Below the pieces are notes generated by a model. The model was not told where the DNA came from. It searched no databases and worked only from the letters and a program-made list of their open reading frames with translations. The position numbers and the translations under genes are program-made. Shown here one piece after another: positions 49,370-63,200 of a DNA stretch of 64,000 bases. How positions within the stretch are numbered: position 1 is the first letter of the stretch; each line of letters begins with the position of its first letter. The stretch is from Mobula hypostoma. Taxonomy: Eukaryota. The stretch lies in NCBI RefSeq assembly GCF_963921235.1, contig NC_086118.1, positions 13,890,001-13,954,000 of the forward strand, written 5' to 3'.

Positions 49370-50812
49370 AACATCCTTCAGAGGGTGAATCCACACAAGC
49401 CATCAGTTCCTGAAGATCTACCTGGTCAGGTACTAAAAAACCTTTTGCAGTCAATTGACTGGAGCATTCAGGGACACCTTCAACCTCCCTCTGCTGACGT
49501 TAGAGTTTTGCACTACTTCTAAGGAACAGCAATCATATGTGTGCCCAGGAATAGAAGGGTGATCTACCTTAATGACTATTGTCCAGTAGCACTCATATCT
49601 ACTGTAGTGAAGTGCTTCAAGTGGTTTTTCACAGCTAGACTCCACTCCACAGTGAGCAGGGACCTGACCCACTGAGATTTTCCCATCACCACAACAGATC
49701 TCAGCTGAGGTAATCTCACTCGCTCTCCGTCCACTCCGGAACACCTAGACAACACCAGGACACACACCAGTCTGCTGTTGATCAATAACAGCTCAGTATT
49801 CAACACCAGCATTCCCTCAGTATTAATAACCAAGTTCCAGATACCGCGCTTTAAGGCCTCCATCGGCACCTTTAGTTCCTTACTGGGACATAACAGGCAG
49901 TGCAGATGCATTCGGTAATAACATCCACTCCCCTCTGACGAGATGCACTTTAAAGATGTGTATTCAGCCCAGTGCTCTGCTTTCTCCGTATACATCACTA
50001 TGTGGCTAAGCATACTCAAACACTACCCATAAATTTGCAGGTGATACCACTGTTGCTGGTCGAGCTTTAGTAGGCAATGTGGAGGTGTACAGGAGTGAGG
50101 TTGAGTGTTGTTGTGACAACAACCTCTCGCTGACAAGGATCTGATTGTGGACTTCAAGGGGAAGTCAGGAGAATGCACACCCATCGTTATTGAGGGGTCA
50201 GCATGGCAAGCTTAAAGTTCCTGAGCATCAGCACCTCAGATGATCAATCTTTGGCCCTACACATTGATGGAGTCATAAAGGCGGCAATCAGTGGCTCTGC
50301 TTTACTTGGAGTTTAAGAAGACCTGGTTTGTCACCAAGGACATTAGCAACTTCCATGGATGCATGGTGAAGAGCATTCTGACTGGTTACATCATAGTCTG
50401 GTATGGAGACTCTAAACCATGGGATCACAAGAAGCTGCAGAGACTTATAAACTCAGCCAGCTCCCTCAAGGGCACAACACTCCCCACCACTGAGAGCACC
50501 TTCAAGAGGCCAGTGCCTCAAAAAGATGGCATCCATCATTAACAACCCTCATCATCTTGGACATGCCCTCTTCTTCTTGGTTTCATTAAGAAGGAGATAC
50601 AAAATTCTGAAGACCCATGTTCAATGATTTAGGGACAGATGTTTCCCCTCTGCCATCAGATTTTTGAATGGTCCATGAATGCATAAACATGTTGTTCCCT
50701 TTTTTGTGGTTACTTATCTATCTAATTTATACTTTGTACTGTACTACTGCTGCAAAACAATAATTGCATATCATATAAGTCAGTGACAATATATTTTATT
50801 CTTATTCTGATT
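49370..50812 (+). mobile_element. Older Rex1-like LINE
   Basis: Same RT motif order, more decayed; SILTGYIIVWYG; ttctgattc tail. Confidence 0.75.
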
Positions 50813-52199
50813 CAAACGGCATGTCATACTCCAAGCATCAACTAACTCTTGCTTTGTAAAGTTGAAGCAAAATGAATCAACTCTTATATTCTGTACCCTG
50901 ATCTATGAATGCAAGGATGCCCAAATAATCTGTGTTGCCATTTTTAGGGAATTATGGATTTAGACCTCCCGGTCTTGCTGTTCATCTGTATTTTGCTCTA
51001 TGCGTCTTACTCCTGCTAGGCTTCTCAACATCCACACATGGCATTGCCATGTTTGAACTTCATTTGCAAATACATAACCCAAATTTCCAGCTGATTTCTA
51101 TCCAGCTGTAGTCTTAGACAAACTTCTTCACTGTCCACAACAAAGCCAATTTTTATATCGTTTACAAACTTCTGTACTTTAAAATCTAGAGGTAATATGT
51201 TCTGCAGAAATGTTATGGTTTTTTACATGTAAATAAGACATGTCTCATGTATACATATTGGAGGGAGACGATACACAATCTGTAATAACTAAATATACTT
51301 GGCAAATGATTACAAACAAGACAGGTAGATTTCTATTTAGATAGCTACTGACGAAACACATCCAATTTTCTGTTCTGTTAGTTTGAGAATTCATGTATCC
51401 TCAGTGAACTGCTGTTTGTTTATTGATAGGATTCTTCTAAATGTTTGCCTTTCTAAGCACGCTACTTGTCTGGTAATTACAGAGAATGACATAATACACT
51501 GCCTTCATCATGTAACTAGCTAAGGCTGACCACATAAACAGAGAAAGAAAAACTCAAATATTTTAATCTACTGTTAAATTAATGCAATTCAACCCTATCG
51601 GTTTCATACGCAATTGTACTCAAGCATGCTTGACTTATGCCATGGAATGATTTATTTCCAATCTGCATACATAGCATCCACTCATCCCTAATATGAAAAA
51701 TGGAATGAAATATTTTACTGAAGTTGTTCAGAGTGTTGAATATTATATCTTCTGCAACAAGCTGTCAATAATTCTATTTATATTTTACCAGCATGACAAG
51801 CCACCTTACCCCTCTCTTTCTGTAAACTCCTCCAGGCTCTCAGACCACTGAATTCATTCAGATCTGGTTTCTTGTGCACTTGCAATTCCCATTGATCTAC
51901 TATCCCTTCATTCTGGGATGCTCTCTTCGCCTACAGGAGGCACCTAAAAATATATCTCTGTTGACCAATGTGTTCAGTGCCTTCAAAAAACTTACTTGCA
52001 TTGCCTTTGAATAGTTTGCTATGCGCTATGTAAATGCACAGCTGAGTGAATCGGAGCACTTCTTAGTTCTGGGATCTTTCCAGATGGAGAAACTTGACCA
52101 AAAATGGTCACTGTCCATTTCCCTCCACAAGCACTGCCTGAACCACAGAGTTTCTCCAGCATTTTGCTGTTTGTTGTGACAGATCTCTTCCTACGGTTG

Positions 52200-53075
52200 T
52201 GTAAGGACTCATGGAGCTTAGAAAAATAGAGGGCTATGTGTTAAGATAATTCAAGGCAGTTTGTAGAGTAGATTACATGGTTGGCCCAACATTGTGGGGC
52301 AAAGAGCCTGTAATGTGCTGTAGATTTCTACATTCTATGTTCTATAAGACATAAAAGCAGAATTGGGCCATTCAGTTGATCTATTTAATCATGGTTGATC
52401 CATTTCCCTCTCAGCTCCAATCTCCAGCCTTCTCCCAGTATCCCTTCATGCTCAGACAAATTAAGACTCTATCAACCTCTGCCTTAAATACCCAAAGACT
52501 TGTCCTCCAGAGCTGCTTGTGGCAACAAAGTCCAAAGATTTACCACTCTCTAGCTAAAGAAATTCTTCCTCATCTTCATAGTAAATGGACATCTCTCTAC
52601 TCTGAGACTGCGTCTACTGCTCTTAGACTCCCCCACCACAGAAAGCATCCACTCTGTTGAACCCTTTCAACATTCGGTAGGTTTAGAAAAATATAGAAAA
52701 CCTATAGCGCAGTATAGGCCCTTTGGCCCACAAAGCTGTGCTGAACGTGTCCTTACCTTAGAAATTACCTAAGGTTACCCATAGCCCTCTATTTCTCTGA
52801 GCTCCATGTAGAGGTTTCAATGAGATCCCTCCCCCCTCCCCATTCCTCTGAATTCCGGTGAGAACTGACGCAGAGCCACCAACACTCTTTTCAATTCCAG
52901 TATCATTCTTGTGTATCTTTGAACCCTCGCCAATGTCAGCACATTCTTTCTTTGATAAGGGTTCCAAAACTGCTCACAATACTCCAAGTGAGGCCTCGGC
53001 AGTGCCTTATAAAGCCTCAAAATTACTTCCCTGCGTTTATACTCTAGTCCTCGAAATGAATGCCAGCCTATTCCT
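52200..53075. mobile_element. Cluster of CR1 3' ends in both orientations
   Basis: Plus 52200-52345; minus 52345-53075 (LYKALPRPHLEYC) with a nested minus 3' end near 52685-52812. Confidence 0.75.
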
Positions 53076-53155
53076 GACTGTGTCAGGCTATAACTATTCC
53101 ATATTCTGAATCCCACAGATGTTACATCACCTGGTCTCCACACAAGTGAACTTAC

Positions 53156-53208
53156 ACGCAGTATAGTCAATCCGTTTTCCAACAGAAGCAAACAAATATT
53201 CATGAAGA
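53156..53208 (-). CDS. Candidate 53-nt coding exon of an unidentified gene (LHEYLFASVGKRIDYTA)
   Basis: Minus strand: cttattgtaattctgtcag| acceptor and cgt|gtaagt donor in unique DNA; the trailing T joins 27164-27207 in frame (TCT, Ser). Confidence 0.5.
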
Positions 53209-53288
53209 CTGACAGAATTACAATAAGTGTGTCTGAACATTGTTTTCCTTATGTCATAAATATTTCCAAACATTTCCCGTTTTATTAT

Positions 53289-53551
53289 TGTTATGTTTTG
53301 AAGCTACAAAACATAAAAACTCATTGAAAGGAAAACAAGAGAACTGGAAATGCCAGTCTAACTTTGTTTTGGACTAACTTTAACTGAGGCACGCCTGTAA
53401 CACGTGGTGGTGTAATGATGCATGCCATTTATGTATTTTGACATATAACCCACACTGCATTGTGCAAACAACAAAGAATGCCTAATAAAACAATACATTT
53501 ACAATATTACTCAAATTATTACAGAAATATTAAATACACAACACTCCTCCC
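53289..53551 (-). mobile_element. Gypsy 3' LTR with polypurine tract
   Basis: Similar to LTR 47358-47607; TG..CA; preceded on the minus strand by gggaggag (53544-53551). Confidence 0.75.
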
Positions 53552-53749
53552 TGCTCTGCTATAAACTCCAACTCAGTATAGAATGCATCTCAATATATAG
53601 TCTAATTGTAACAATGGAGGTGGGTCTGAGCACAATTGAAGACAGACAGAGACAGTGTTGGTCAAGTGACTTTAAACTTCACTTCAACAGTCGGAAACAC
53701 TCAGTACAACTGTCTTGCCACAGTCGCTTGTTCAGATTTAAATCATATC

Positions 53750-54240
53750 TATGAGAACTGCCTTCTGTTTTGGAAATCATATGGTAGTGATCACTGGAGT
53801 TGAGTATGATGCTCTTCAAAGACATTGTCCACTGGTGAGTGCTCAGGAAAGCTGTAGAGGCTATTCTGGCAGCCACATCTCTGGGATGTTGAAGTGGATT
53901 CCTTTCATGTGTGTGACTTTGATAATGTGGGAAGGCTGATGCATGGGCAGCCACCATGCTGTCCTTGACAGATTGGGCCAGGGTCCTGTGGAATGGAATG
54001 CAGGATGATTGGAGAACCTTCACCACTGCTGCCGCCATCTTACGTCTTCACTGCCATTGTGATGCATCGTCATCTTCTACCAGCTCCATCATTGTGGTTT
54101 TGGTTGGGTCACTCTTTGTCAGGAACCTCCCTACCTCCAAGGGAGCTAAGTGCCAGATAACTAATCTCCATATGGCATTGCTCTTGGTGTCTCAGGAGCT
54201 CGTAAGTCTCTCCATCATAACAAAGTGACAATCCTCAGAG
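53750..54240 (-). mobile_element. Degenerate non-coding RTE-like element (5' UTR-type sequence)
   Basis: Minus strand ggattgtcactttgttatgatggagag..gagcaatgcc..gaggttcctgacaaagagtgacccaacc resembles RTE 5' ends. Confidence 0.4.
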
Positions 54241-54439
54241 AAGGGAAATCATATATTTGCATTATTACATTGTTAGTGAACTGCTCAGTCCAGGTGCGTT
54301 TCTGTGCCTACCTGTTTATATCACTAATTTGTAAAAGCATAGATATATATTGATTCACTCTCAATATGTTCAGCTTCATAAAGAATTAAAATTTCTTTAA
54401 ATATCTTTATTTTAAATGGAGAGTGATATAAAACAAAAT

Positions 54440-54800
54440 TTTGTATTTAATGCTTCAGTAATAATTTGAGAAATATTGTAGATATATTGTTTGATCAAGT
54501 ATTCTTTGTAATTTACATAATACATTGTGGGTTATATGTAAAAATATGCAAATTGCATGCATCATCTCGTTAGCACGTGATACAAGTGCACCTCACGTAA
54601 GCAAAAACCAAGTTAGACTAGCATTCCTGGCACCCTTGCTTTCCTTTCAATTGTTTTATTATTTTGGAGTTGCAAAATATAACAGTGGTAATGAAGAACT
54701 TTTACATGAACTTGAGACAACTACCTATATGTTGAAGCACAGCGAGATGTTCGAGTTCAACAAAAGTGCAGCAAGAAATGGTCAAGTAGTAAAAACAGCA
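54440..54800 (+). mobile_element. Gypsy 5' LTR (to 54684) with PBS-like site and leader
   Basis: Reverse complement of the 53289-53543 family; aaca|gtggtaatgaag. Confidence 0.65.
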
Positions 54801-54844
54801 CAGCACGTGTCTCTTTGTGAAATTACATTTTCAACCTGTCACTG

Positions 54845-55889
54845 CTACGGGCAGAAGTTCCCACTTGCTTCAAAAAGGCAACAATTATACCAGTGCCTTA
54901 GAAGAATAATGTGAGCTGCCTTAATGACTATCGCCCAGTAGAACTCACATCAACAATGATGAAGTGCATTGATGGGTTGGTCATGACTAGACTGACTCCT
55001 GCCTCAGAAAGCAGCTGGACCCACTACAATTTGCCTGTTGCCACAACAGGTCTACAACAGACACAATCTCAGTGGCTCTTCACATGGCCTTAGACCACCT
55101 GGACAATACAAACACCTATGTCAGAATGCTGTTCATTGATTATAGCTCAGCTTTTAACACCATCATTCACACAATCCTGATTGATAGGTTACAGAACCTG
55201 GACCTCTGTACTTCCCTCTGCAATTTTATCCTCGACTTCCTAACCGGAAGACCACCATCTGTGCGGATTTGTGATAATATCTCCTCCTCACAAAGGTCAA
55301 CACGGTGCACATAGGGGTGTGGGCTTAACCCATTGCTCTACTCTCTCTGTATTCTCTATACCCATGACTGTGTGGCTAAGCATAGCTCAAATACCATCTA
55401 TAAATTTGCTAGTGATACAACCTTTGTTGGTAGAATCTCAGATGGAGATGAGAGGGCTTACGGGAGCGAGGTATGTCAACTAGTGGAGTGGTGTCACAGC
55501 AACAACCTTGCATTTAATGTCAGTAAGACGAAAGAGCTGATTGTGGACTTCAGAAAGGGTAAGACAAAGGAACACATACCAATCCTCATTGAGGGATCAG
55601 AAGTGGAGAGAGTGAGCAGCTTCAAGTTCCTGGGGATCAAGATCTCTGAGGACCTAACCTGGTCCCAACATATCAATGTAGCTATGAAGAAGGCAAAACA
55701 GCAACCACGCTTCATTAGGAGTTTGAAACGATTTGGTATGTCAACAAAAACACTCAAAAACCTCTATAGATATACCACGGAGAGCATTCTGACAGGCTAC
55801 ATCACTTTCTGGTATGGGGGGTGGGGTGTACAGGTTACTGCACAGGACTGAAAGAAGCTGCAGTGTCACAAATTTAGTCGGCTCCATCT
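54845..55889 (+). mobile_element. Rex1-like LINE RT fragment
   Basis: [41 protein letters not shown]. Confidence 0.88.
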
Positions 55890-56615
55890 TGTTATTTGTG
55901 CACAGAACTGATAGAGTTACTGACTTGGCGCCTTTATTGTATTTGTTTCTACTAACCCATCACCAAGAAATACTTAAAAAGTCTAATAATTTAATTGCAT
56001 ATGGTGTACTGTCTGTCATTTGGCGTGGTAGGGTACATCACACAGCATCTACACAAACTTGATTACCCAGTTTGGCGGGGCCTAAGGCTGCTCCCCCTAG
56101 ACGAGAGCGAGCTGAGCGAGCCTGAGGCTTACAAGGAGCCTACATTGACAAATAATTCGTTAGAGCTCTTACCGAAACGGGTCTCCCTTTCCTCCAGTCG
56201 ATGTCCTCCAAACTCCGCTGACTCTCGAATGGGACCACCCTCGGTGGTCGACCAAATGCTCCACATGAGTCTGTCCTCGTCTCCTCTCCTTGCCGAAGAC
56301 CCGGGGCCTCGGACTCCTGCTCGGGGTCCGTTCCATCACCTAGTTTACAGCATCGCGTCTCCTCTCTCTATCCCCATTGCACCTTCTGCCCAAAGCCCGC
56401 GAAAACAATGGCTTACAGACACACAAGAAAGAATAACATCTATCCCAATTGGTTAGCAAATGAATACAATTCTCATTATCAGTAATTATAACCCAAACAA
56501 GCTGCTACCGATAACTCAGCAGTTAACATTACAGAGAAGCCATTTTATTATAACATAACAAAGAAACCATTTTATTAGCCTTAGCAGTAACATAAAAGGA
56601 GAAACCCCTTACACA
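55890..56615 (-). mobile_element. Probable LTR of another family (about 725 bp)
   Basis: TGT..ACA termini, minus-strand AATAAA about 45 nt from the end, CpG-rich middle; no TSD found. Confidence 0.5.
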
Positions 56616-56980
56616 AGCAATACAGTTTACACCAGAAATGGACATTGGTTTAGCTGATTCAGTCATTCCACAAAATAAGTTTGATTGGCATTTTAAAGAT
56701 ACTGAAATGAAGCCTGCAGATATCCAACTAAGAACTTATACAGGAAAACAGAGAACTCTTCTGAGATTGACATTCACAACAGACATAAAACAAACGACAT
56801 GCCGTATTGGGCTTGTATATAGTATAAGCAGGAGGGACAGCAATGTGGAGATGTAATTGGCTGAGACAACTACAGCTTGATTGGAGATCTATCCACCAGT
56901 TGCATGCCACATTCCTTGAAAGACCGTCAACTGAACATGAATTAAGAACGGTACTGGATGATGCCACAGCTGTCTCCAGG
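56616..56980 (+). mobile_element. Gypsy protease-region fragment
   Basis: MDIGLADSVIPQ..IQLRTYTG; WLRQLQLDW; similar to the reverse complement of 45190-45580. Confidence 0.75.
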
Positions 56981-57277
56981 AACTGCTCCCTAATAGTTGT
57001 TAAACAGATGTGCCAACCTCTGTGCCTCTGGTTGGAAAGCGTATTGGATCAAGGAAGGACCATGTTGCCCAGAAGAATCGTGGAAGGGATGAAATCAGTG
57101 GTCCAATGCAACAGTTTCAGAAGACAATGTATCTGAGAAAGCTTCTGATACGTTGATCAGGCAGTTACCTGTGAAATGTGGTTTGGTTTTGTTGGAAAAG
57201 AGTTCAAGGAGCTTCAAGAACATTGCAAGCATTTGGCTTTTATGAGTATAATAAACCAGAATCTTCTCTGCGTGCAA

Positions 57278-58690
57278 TAGACAATAGCCAGTAGACAATA
57301 GGTGCAGGAGTAGGTCATTCGGCCCATCAAGTCACCACCGCCATTCACTGTGATCATGGCTGATCATCCACAATCAGTATCCAGTTCCTGCCTTATCCCC
57401 ATAACCTTTGATTTCGCTATCTTTAAGAGCTCTATCCATCTTTTCTTGAAAGCATCCAGAGACTTGACCTCCACTGCCTTCTGGGGCAGAGCATTCCACA
57501 TATCCACCACTCTCTGGGTGAAAAAGTTTTTCCTCAACTCTGTTCTAAATGGCCTACCCCTTATTCTTAAACTGTGGCCTCTGGAACATGGGAACATGCT
57601 TCCTGCCTCCAGCGTATCCAATCCCTTAATAATCTTATATGTTTAAATCAGATCCCCTCTCATCCTTCTAAATTCCAGTGTATACAAGCCCAGTCATTCC
57701 AATCTTTCAACATATGACAGTCCCGCCATCCCGGGAATTAACCTTGTGAATCTACGCTGCACTCCTTCAATAGCAAGAATGTCGTTCCTCAAATTTGGAG
57801 ACGATAACTACACACAATACTCCAGATGTGATCTCACCAGGGCCCTGTACAGCTGCAGAAGGACCTCTTTGCTTCTATAATCAATTCCCCTTGTTATGAA
57901 GGCCAGCATGCCATTAACTTTCTTCGCTGCCTGCTGTACTTGCATGCTTGCTTTCTGTGACTGATGTACAAGAACACCTAAATCTCGTTGTACTTCCCCT
58001 TTTCCTAACTTGACTCCATTTAGATAATAATCTGCCTTCCTGTTCTTACCACCAAAGTGGATAACCTCACGTTTATCCACATTAAACTGCATTTGCCCAC
58101 TCACCCAGCCTGTCCAAGTCACCCTGCATTCTCATAACATCCACCTCACATTTCACACTGCCACCCAGCTTTGTGTCATCTGCAAATCTGCTAATGCTAC
58201 TTTTAATCGCTTCATCTAAATCATTACTGTATATTGTAAACAGCTGTGGTCCCAGCACTGAACCCTACGGTACCCCACTGGTCATCGTCTGCCATTCTGA
58301 AAGGAAGCCGTTAATCACTACTCTTTGTTTCCTGTCAGCCAGCCAGTTTTCAATCCATGTCAGTACTCTGCCCCAATACCATGTGCCCTAATTTTGCCCA
58401 CTAATCTTCTATGTGGGACTTTATCAAAAGCTTTCTGAAAGTCTAGGTACACTACATCCACTGGCTCTTCCTTGTCCATTTTCATAGTTACATCCTCAAA
58501 AGATTCCTGAAGATTAGTCAAGCATGATTTCCCCTTCGTAAATCCATGCTGACTCAAACCTATCCTGCTACTGCTATCCAAATGTGTTGTAATTTCATCT
58601 TTTATAATTGAGTCCAGCATTTTTCCCACCACTGACATCAGGCTAACCGGTCTATAATTCCCTGTTTTCTTTCTCCCTCCTTTCTTGAAA
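57278..58690 (-). mobile_element. CR1 LINE RT and 3' end
   Basis: SQHGFTKGKSCLTNL; YLDFQKAFDKVPH; LVRSHLEYCV; (TAGACAA) tail. Confidence 0.9.
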
Positions 58691-59397
58691 AGTGGATTAA
58701 GGTTATTACATTATCTTCAAATGGGGGACAGAAAGCAGTTTGTAAAAGTGGATGCAAAGGACAAAGACCAGCTAGATGAATGGAAAGCCAAAAAGAATGG
58801 AGTCAATGAAGATATGAAAGCAGAGGGTTTGTCAGATGGTCTTGTAGATGAAGAAACCAAGCTGAGATGTCAGATCATAAAGGGAGCAGTAGAAGGATTA
58901 GTAGGAGAATACTCCAGTGAACTAAATGCACCTTTCCAAGGTCAAGATGCACATCCTGGAAAGAAATAAAAGAGGAAAAGAAAGAGGAGTGTGATGTAAC
59001 TGCTGAGGAAATGGAAGAGGATAAACAAGACATAATATCTTGAGAAATTAGTAAGTTCAGAGATACTCACAGGTCGGTAGAAGAAAAAGAAAGACATTAA
59101 AGAGGGAAGGAAATGAGAAAGGCAAAGAGTGGGAAAGAGAGCATGAGTAAGACTGTGATAGGGATAGAGAGTGGGATAAAGAGAGATAAATACAGTAAGC
59201 TGGGACTGGGAAAGAAACAAGAATCAAAGTAGATCCAGAGACTAAAACCAAGGAAAAAGGAGTGCAGAGCTGTCGGACCCACTTCCTGCAGTCTCAGAGT
59301 CAACTCCGCACAGGAGGCCCCAGAACCTGAGATTGTTTTAACAAGCCGTGTGACCTCCCTCATCGGGAAAGGCAATATCCCACAGGAGTAAGAAGTA

Positions 59398-59575
59398 CTG
59401 TGGGTTTCCTCCAGGTGCTGCGCTTTCCTCCCACAATCAAAGTCATACTGTTGGATGGGGTAATGGGCATTATAAATTCACCTGTGATTAGGCTAGGATT
59501 AAATTGGGGGATTGCTGGGTGGTGTGGCTCAAAGGGCCGGAAGAGCCTATTCCACGCTGCATCTCAATAAATAAA
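59398..59575 (+). mobile_element. V-SINE-like fragment
   Basis: tgggtttcctccaggtgctgcgctttcctcccacaatcaaag; (TAAA)n tail. Confidence 0.7.
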
Positions 59576-59964
59576 ATTAAAAATACGAAAATCAAAAAAG
59601 TTGCTTGAAATCTGAAGCAAAAGTAGGAAATAGTGCAAACACTCAGCAGATCAAGAGGGAGAAATAGTCAATGCTTTAGCTCTGTGTCCTTTTGTCATAA
59701 CTGCAAAAGGGAGAGAGGTAAAAGTAGGTTTCAGTGGGAGAGAAAATGGGGAAGGGAAGTTCACAACAAAGAGAATGTTTGTGATCGGACAGATAAAAAT
59801 ATTGACAGTTTCAGCATATTAAGCTTCCTGATCTGTCCAATGTGTTGGCAATGAATCAGCCACTTTGACCTGTTCTATTGCAAATATTTCATTGTTTTAC
59901 ACATCTCTCCTCCACCTTCTCTCCTACTGAAAACTAATTTGTATTTCCCTCAGTCATTAAATTT

Positions 59965-60270
59965 GCTCTTTTGTGGCAGTGGTGCAGTGCAAGATATAAA
60001 AATTACTACAAGTTCCAAAAATAAATAAATAGTAGAAACGAAGAATAATGAGGCAGTGGCCATGGGTTCATGCAACTTGATGGTGGAGGGGAAGAAGCTG
60101 ATTTTCAAATGTTGAGTATAGGTCTTCAAGCTCCAGTAGCTCTTGCCCAGTGGTAGTGATGAGAAGAGGGCATGTCTTTAATGACGGATGCTACCATCAT
60201 TAGACACTGCTCTTGACAATAACCTCGATGGTGAGGGTGATTGTGCCCATGATAGAGCTGGCTGAGTGCC
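59965..60270 (-). mobile_element. Rex1-like 3' fragment
   Basis: gagggggaagaagctg-type and gagaagagggcatg blocks like those in 45900-46100. Confidence 0.6.
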
Positions 60271-63200
60271 TTTACATCTACATATTAATTAACTGGTGTA
60301 TTCATATTGCAGTAGAGAGACAGAGAGAGATGCATAGATAACAGATCAATACACCTGCGTAGACAGCAGATCACATGCAGTACTAAGAGGAGTCACTGTT
60401 CAAAAAGAAATAGATCCACAATTCCTCCCCCTTTAGATTAATGTAACATCAAACTGTATATGTACAAAACACTCAATTTCACTTTTACAACCCATATTCA
60501 AATAAATATGCTTCCACAATAGCGGTCAATAACTAACTTCACTATACTAAAGGTTCAGTCTTTTGGGTGGCGCTCTATTTCTTTCAAGATAGCACCTCAG
60601 GACCTGTGGAGTGACATCAGGTTTGGTAGATATCTTGCCTCTGTTTCCAGTGTCAAGTTGCTGTCAGTGACATCATCACTGAGAGGTAAGTCTGGTGACT
60701 GTAATGTATCCGTCTTGTTGGTTGCAATCGACTCGGGTGTGTTCTTTGGTTGAGCATCCAGTATCTGGTCCACATGACATCTCCACGTATGATCTCCAGC
60801 TTCCACTGTGCAATCTGTGGTCCAGTTCTTGTAGCTATCCTACCGGGTGTCTCATTGTCTTCTTGGGAATCACATGCTAGGACTTCCTGTCCAACCTTGA
60901 AGTTCCTTCCTGATTTGCTTGGCAACTGGCTGAACTGCTTATTCTGCACTTCCCTCCATAGATCTGGTTTCAGGAGGTCTATGCGAGATCTCAGATTTCT
61001 GTTCATGAACAACATTGCAGGTGTGTGATATGCCATTTCATGAACAGAGTTCTGATACACAAAAAGAAAGTTGTCCATTTTGTGCTGTAGAGAAATGTCC
61101 TCCTTGTCCATAGCTTTAATGGATTTCTTGAATGTTTGGATAAACCTTTCAGGTAACCCATTCATTGCTGCTTGAATGTCAGATGGCACTTTTCTTATGA
61201 ACAGTCGGAATTCTTCTGACACGTATTGCAGTTTGTTGTCACTCAGAATTTGGTCAGGTAAGCTGTTTCTGGCGAAGACAGTCCTCAGAGCGGAAACAGT
61301 CTTTTCTGAGGTGGTTGACTTCATTGGTATGACCTCTAGCCACTTTGAATGAACATCCACAGCAATCGGAAACATGGAGTCCATGAATGGCCCAGCAAAG
61401 ACTTTGCCATGGTGACAATGGCCACTCTCACGGGTGTAACAGTGCCCGGGGGGAGGGGGGGAGTGCATTTTGAACTTTTTAGCATTCTGAACGGCTTTCG
61501 GCCAAGTCTTCAATCTGTTTATCTATTCCCGGCCACCACAAGTAGTTCTGGGTGAGACTCTTCATCTTGACTGCACCCAGGTGTCCTTCATGCAGATTCT
61601 CTACACTCTAGTGTCCAGTTTAGAGGGAACCATGAAACGAGATCCACTCATCAGTGTTCTTTGACATGCTGATAGTTGCTCTTATCTTACTGAGAATTCT
61701 GGAAACATAGAGTTACCATGAGCTGTTTATCCTTGCATGGTGATGTCATAGAATTTTGACAATGTTGAGTCAATCCTTTTTTCTCTTAGTATTCCAGAAT
61801 TTATTACTGGCAACTGGTCCACCAATGCGGTGGAAACACTTCAGCTAGGTTGACTCAGGCCTAGGGGGCCGGCATCGGGCACGATGACGAACTCTCCACT
61901 TTGCCCTCTCCCTCATCAGTGTGTTCAGTTCATCCACATTAACTGCGCCGCTGTCTTCTAGGAGCGTGTTGACCATAGTCTTGGGAGGGCGCCCAGGGTT
62001 CATTCTCCCGTGCTTGGGCTCCCATATGATGACTAGGCTGGCGGGTAGCTCGGGGTGGCATAGGCAGTGCCCCGCTAATTGTAGTCTTTTCACCTCAACT
62101 GTAGTGATGAGCATCAGTAGGTCATTATAGAGCTCGACATTCGTCATGTGCTGTTGCCAACTCACATCAAGAGCCTTCCGGAACATTCGTGTATAGCAAC
62201 CATCTAGAGACTTTCGCATGGTCTTGGTGAGTGTCCACATCTCACATCCGTACGTGAGAATGAACTCTACGACTGCTATGAAAATCTTTTTTTTAAGACC
62301 TCTGGTCAGGTTCGACTTCCAGATTTCCTTCATGTCGTTCATAGTCCTCCACGCCAGCGCCTTCCGTATCTTTATGTCCTTCGCCGAACTCATCATTCTT
62401 GACCTGAGGTACTTGTAGTCAAAGACTTTCTTAATGGATTCATTCTTTACGGTCTTGAGAGTACCTTCATCGTAGTTAAATGCCATGTATTTTATCTTCT
62501 TAGCGTTTAGGTGAAGTCCAACTTTATTGCACTCAATTTCCACTTTTGCCAGTAGCTGCTGTGCTTTCTGCATCTGGTCAGAGAGCAGGACTATGTCATC
62601 TGCAAAATCGAGGTCTGTAAACGTAACTGGTCTGACCCTTTAGGTTCGTCCTGGTTTTATGGTAAAACCAAGCTTGTCATGATCTTTAGTAGTTTGACAC
62701 AGAGCGTAATCAAGGACGATTATAAAGATGTAGGGTGCCAAAGTGTCTCCTTGCAGTACACCAGTTAGGAGCTCGAACTCTGCTGGGTCACAGTATGAAA
62801 ACATTTCTTCTTCAGTTGCCAACAGTGGAAAACATGACAAGTCATCAGTGTTATTGTGTTGTTTGGTACCCTTGATCTCTATGTCATAAGAGTGGGCTCC
62901 TAGGAACAGTGCCCAACGTTGTAACCGGGTAGCAGCCATCACTGGAAATCCTTTCCTGGGACTGAAAATGGACACAGGGGGCTGGTGACCTGTCAGTAGC
63001 ATAAACCTTTGTCCACAGAGGTGGTGGTGGAACTTCTTAAATGGCCATACCAGACTAAGTGCCTCAGTCGATCTGTGCTAGTTGCATTCTGCGTTCATCA
63101 GTGATCTTGAAGCAAATGCAATCGGACATTCAGATCCAATTTTCATAGTGTGTGACAAAATGGCACCAATGCCATCGCATGCCAGTCTGATGGGCAAGAG

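Noticed and set aside
58685..59290. 94-aa charged ORF and purine-rich tract
   Set aside because: Begins in a CR1 end and continues in purine-biased, low-complexity sequence; no domain or splice support.
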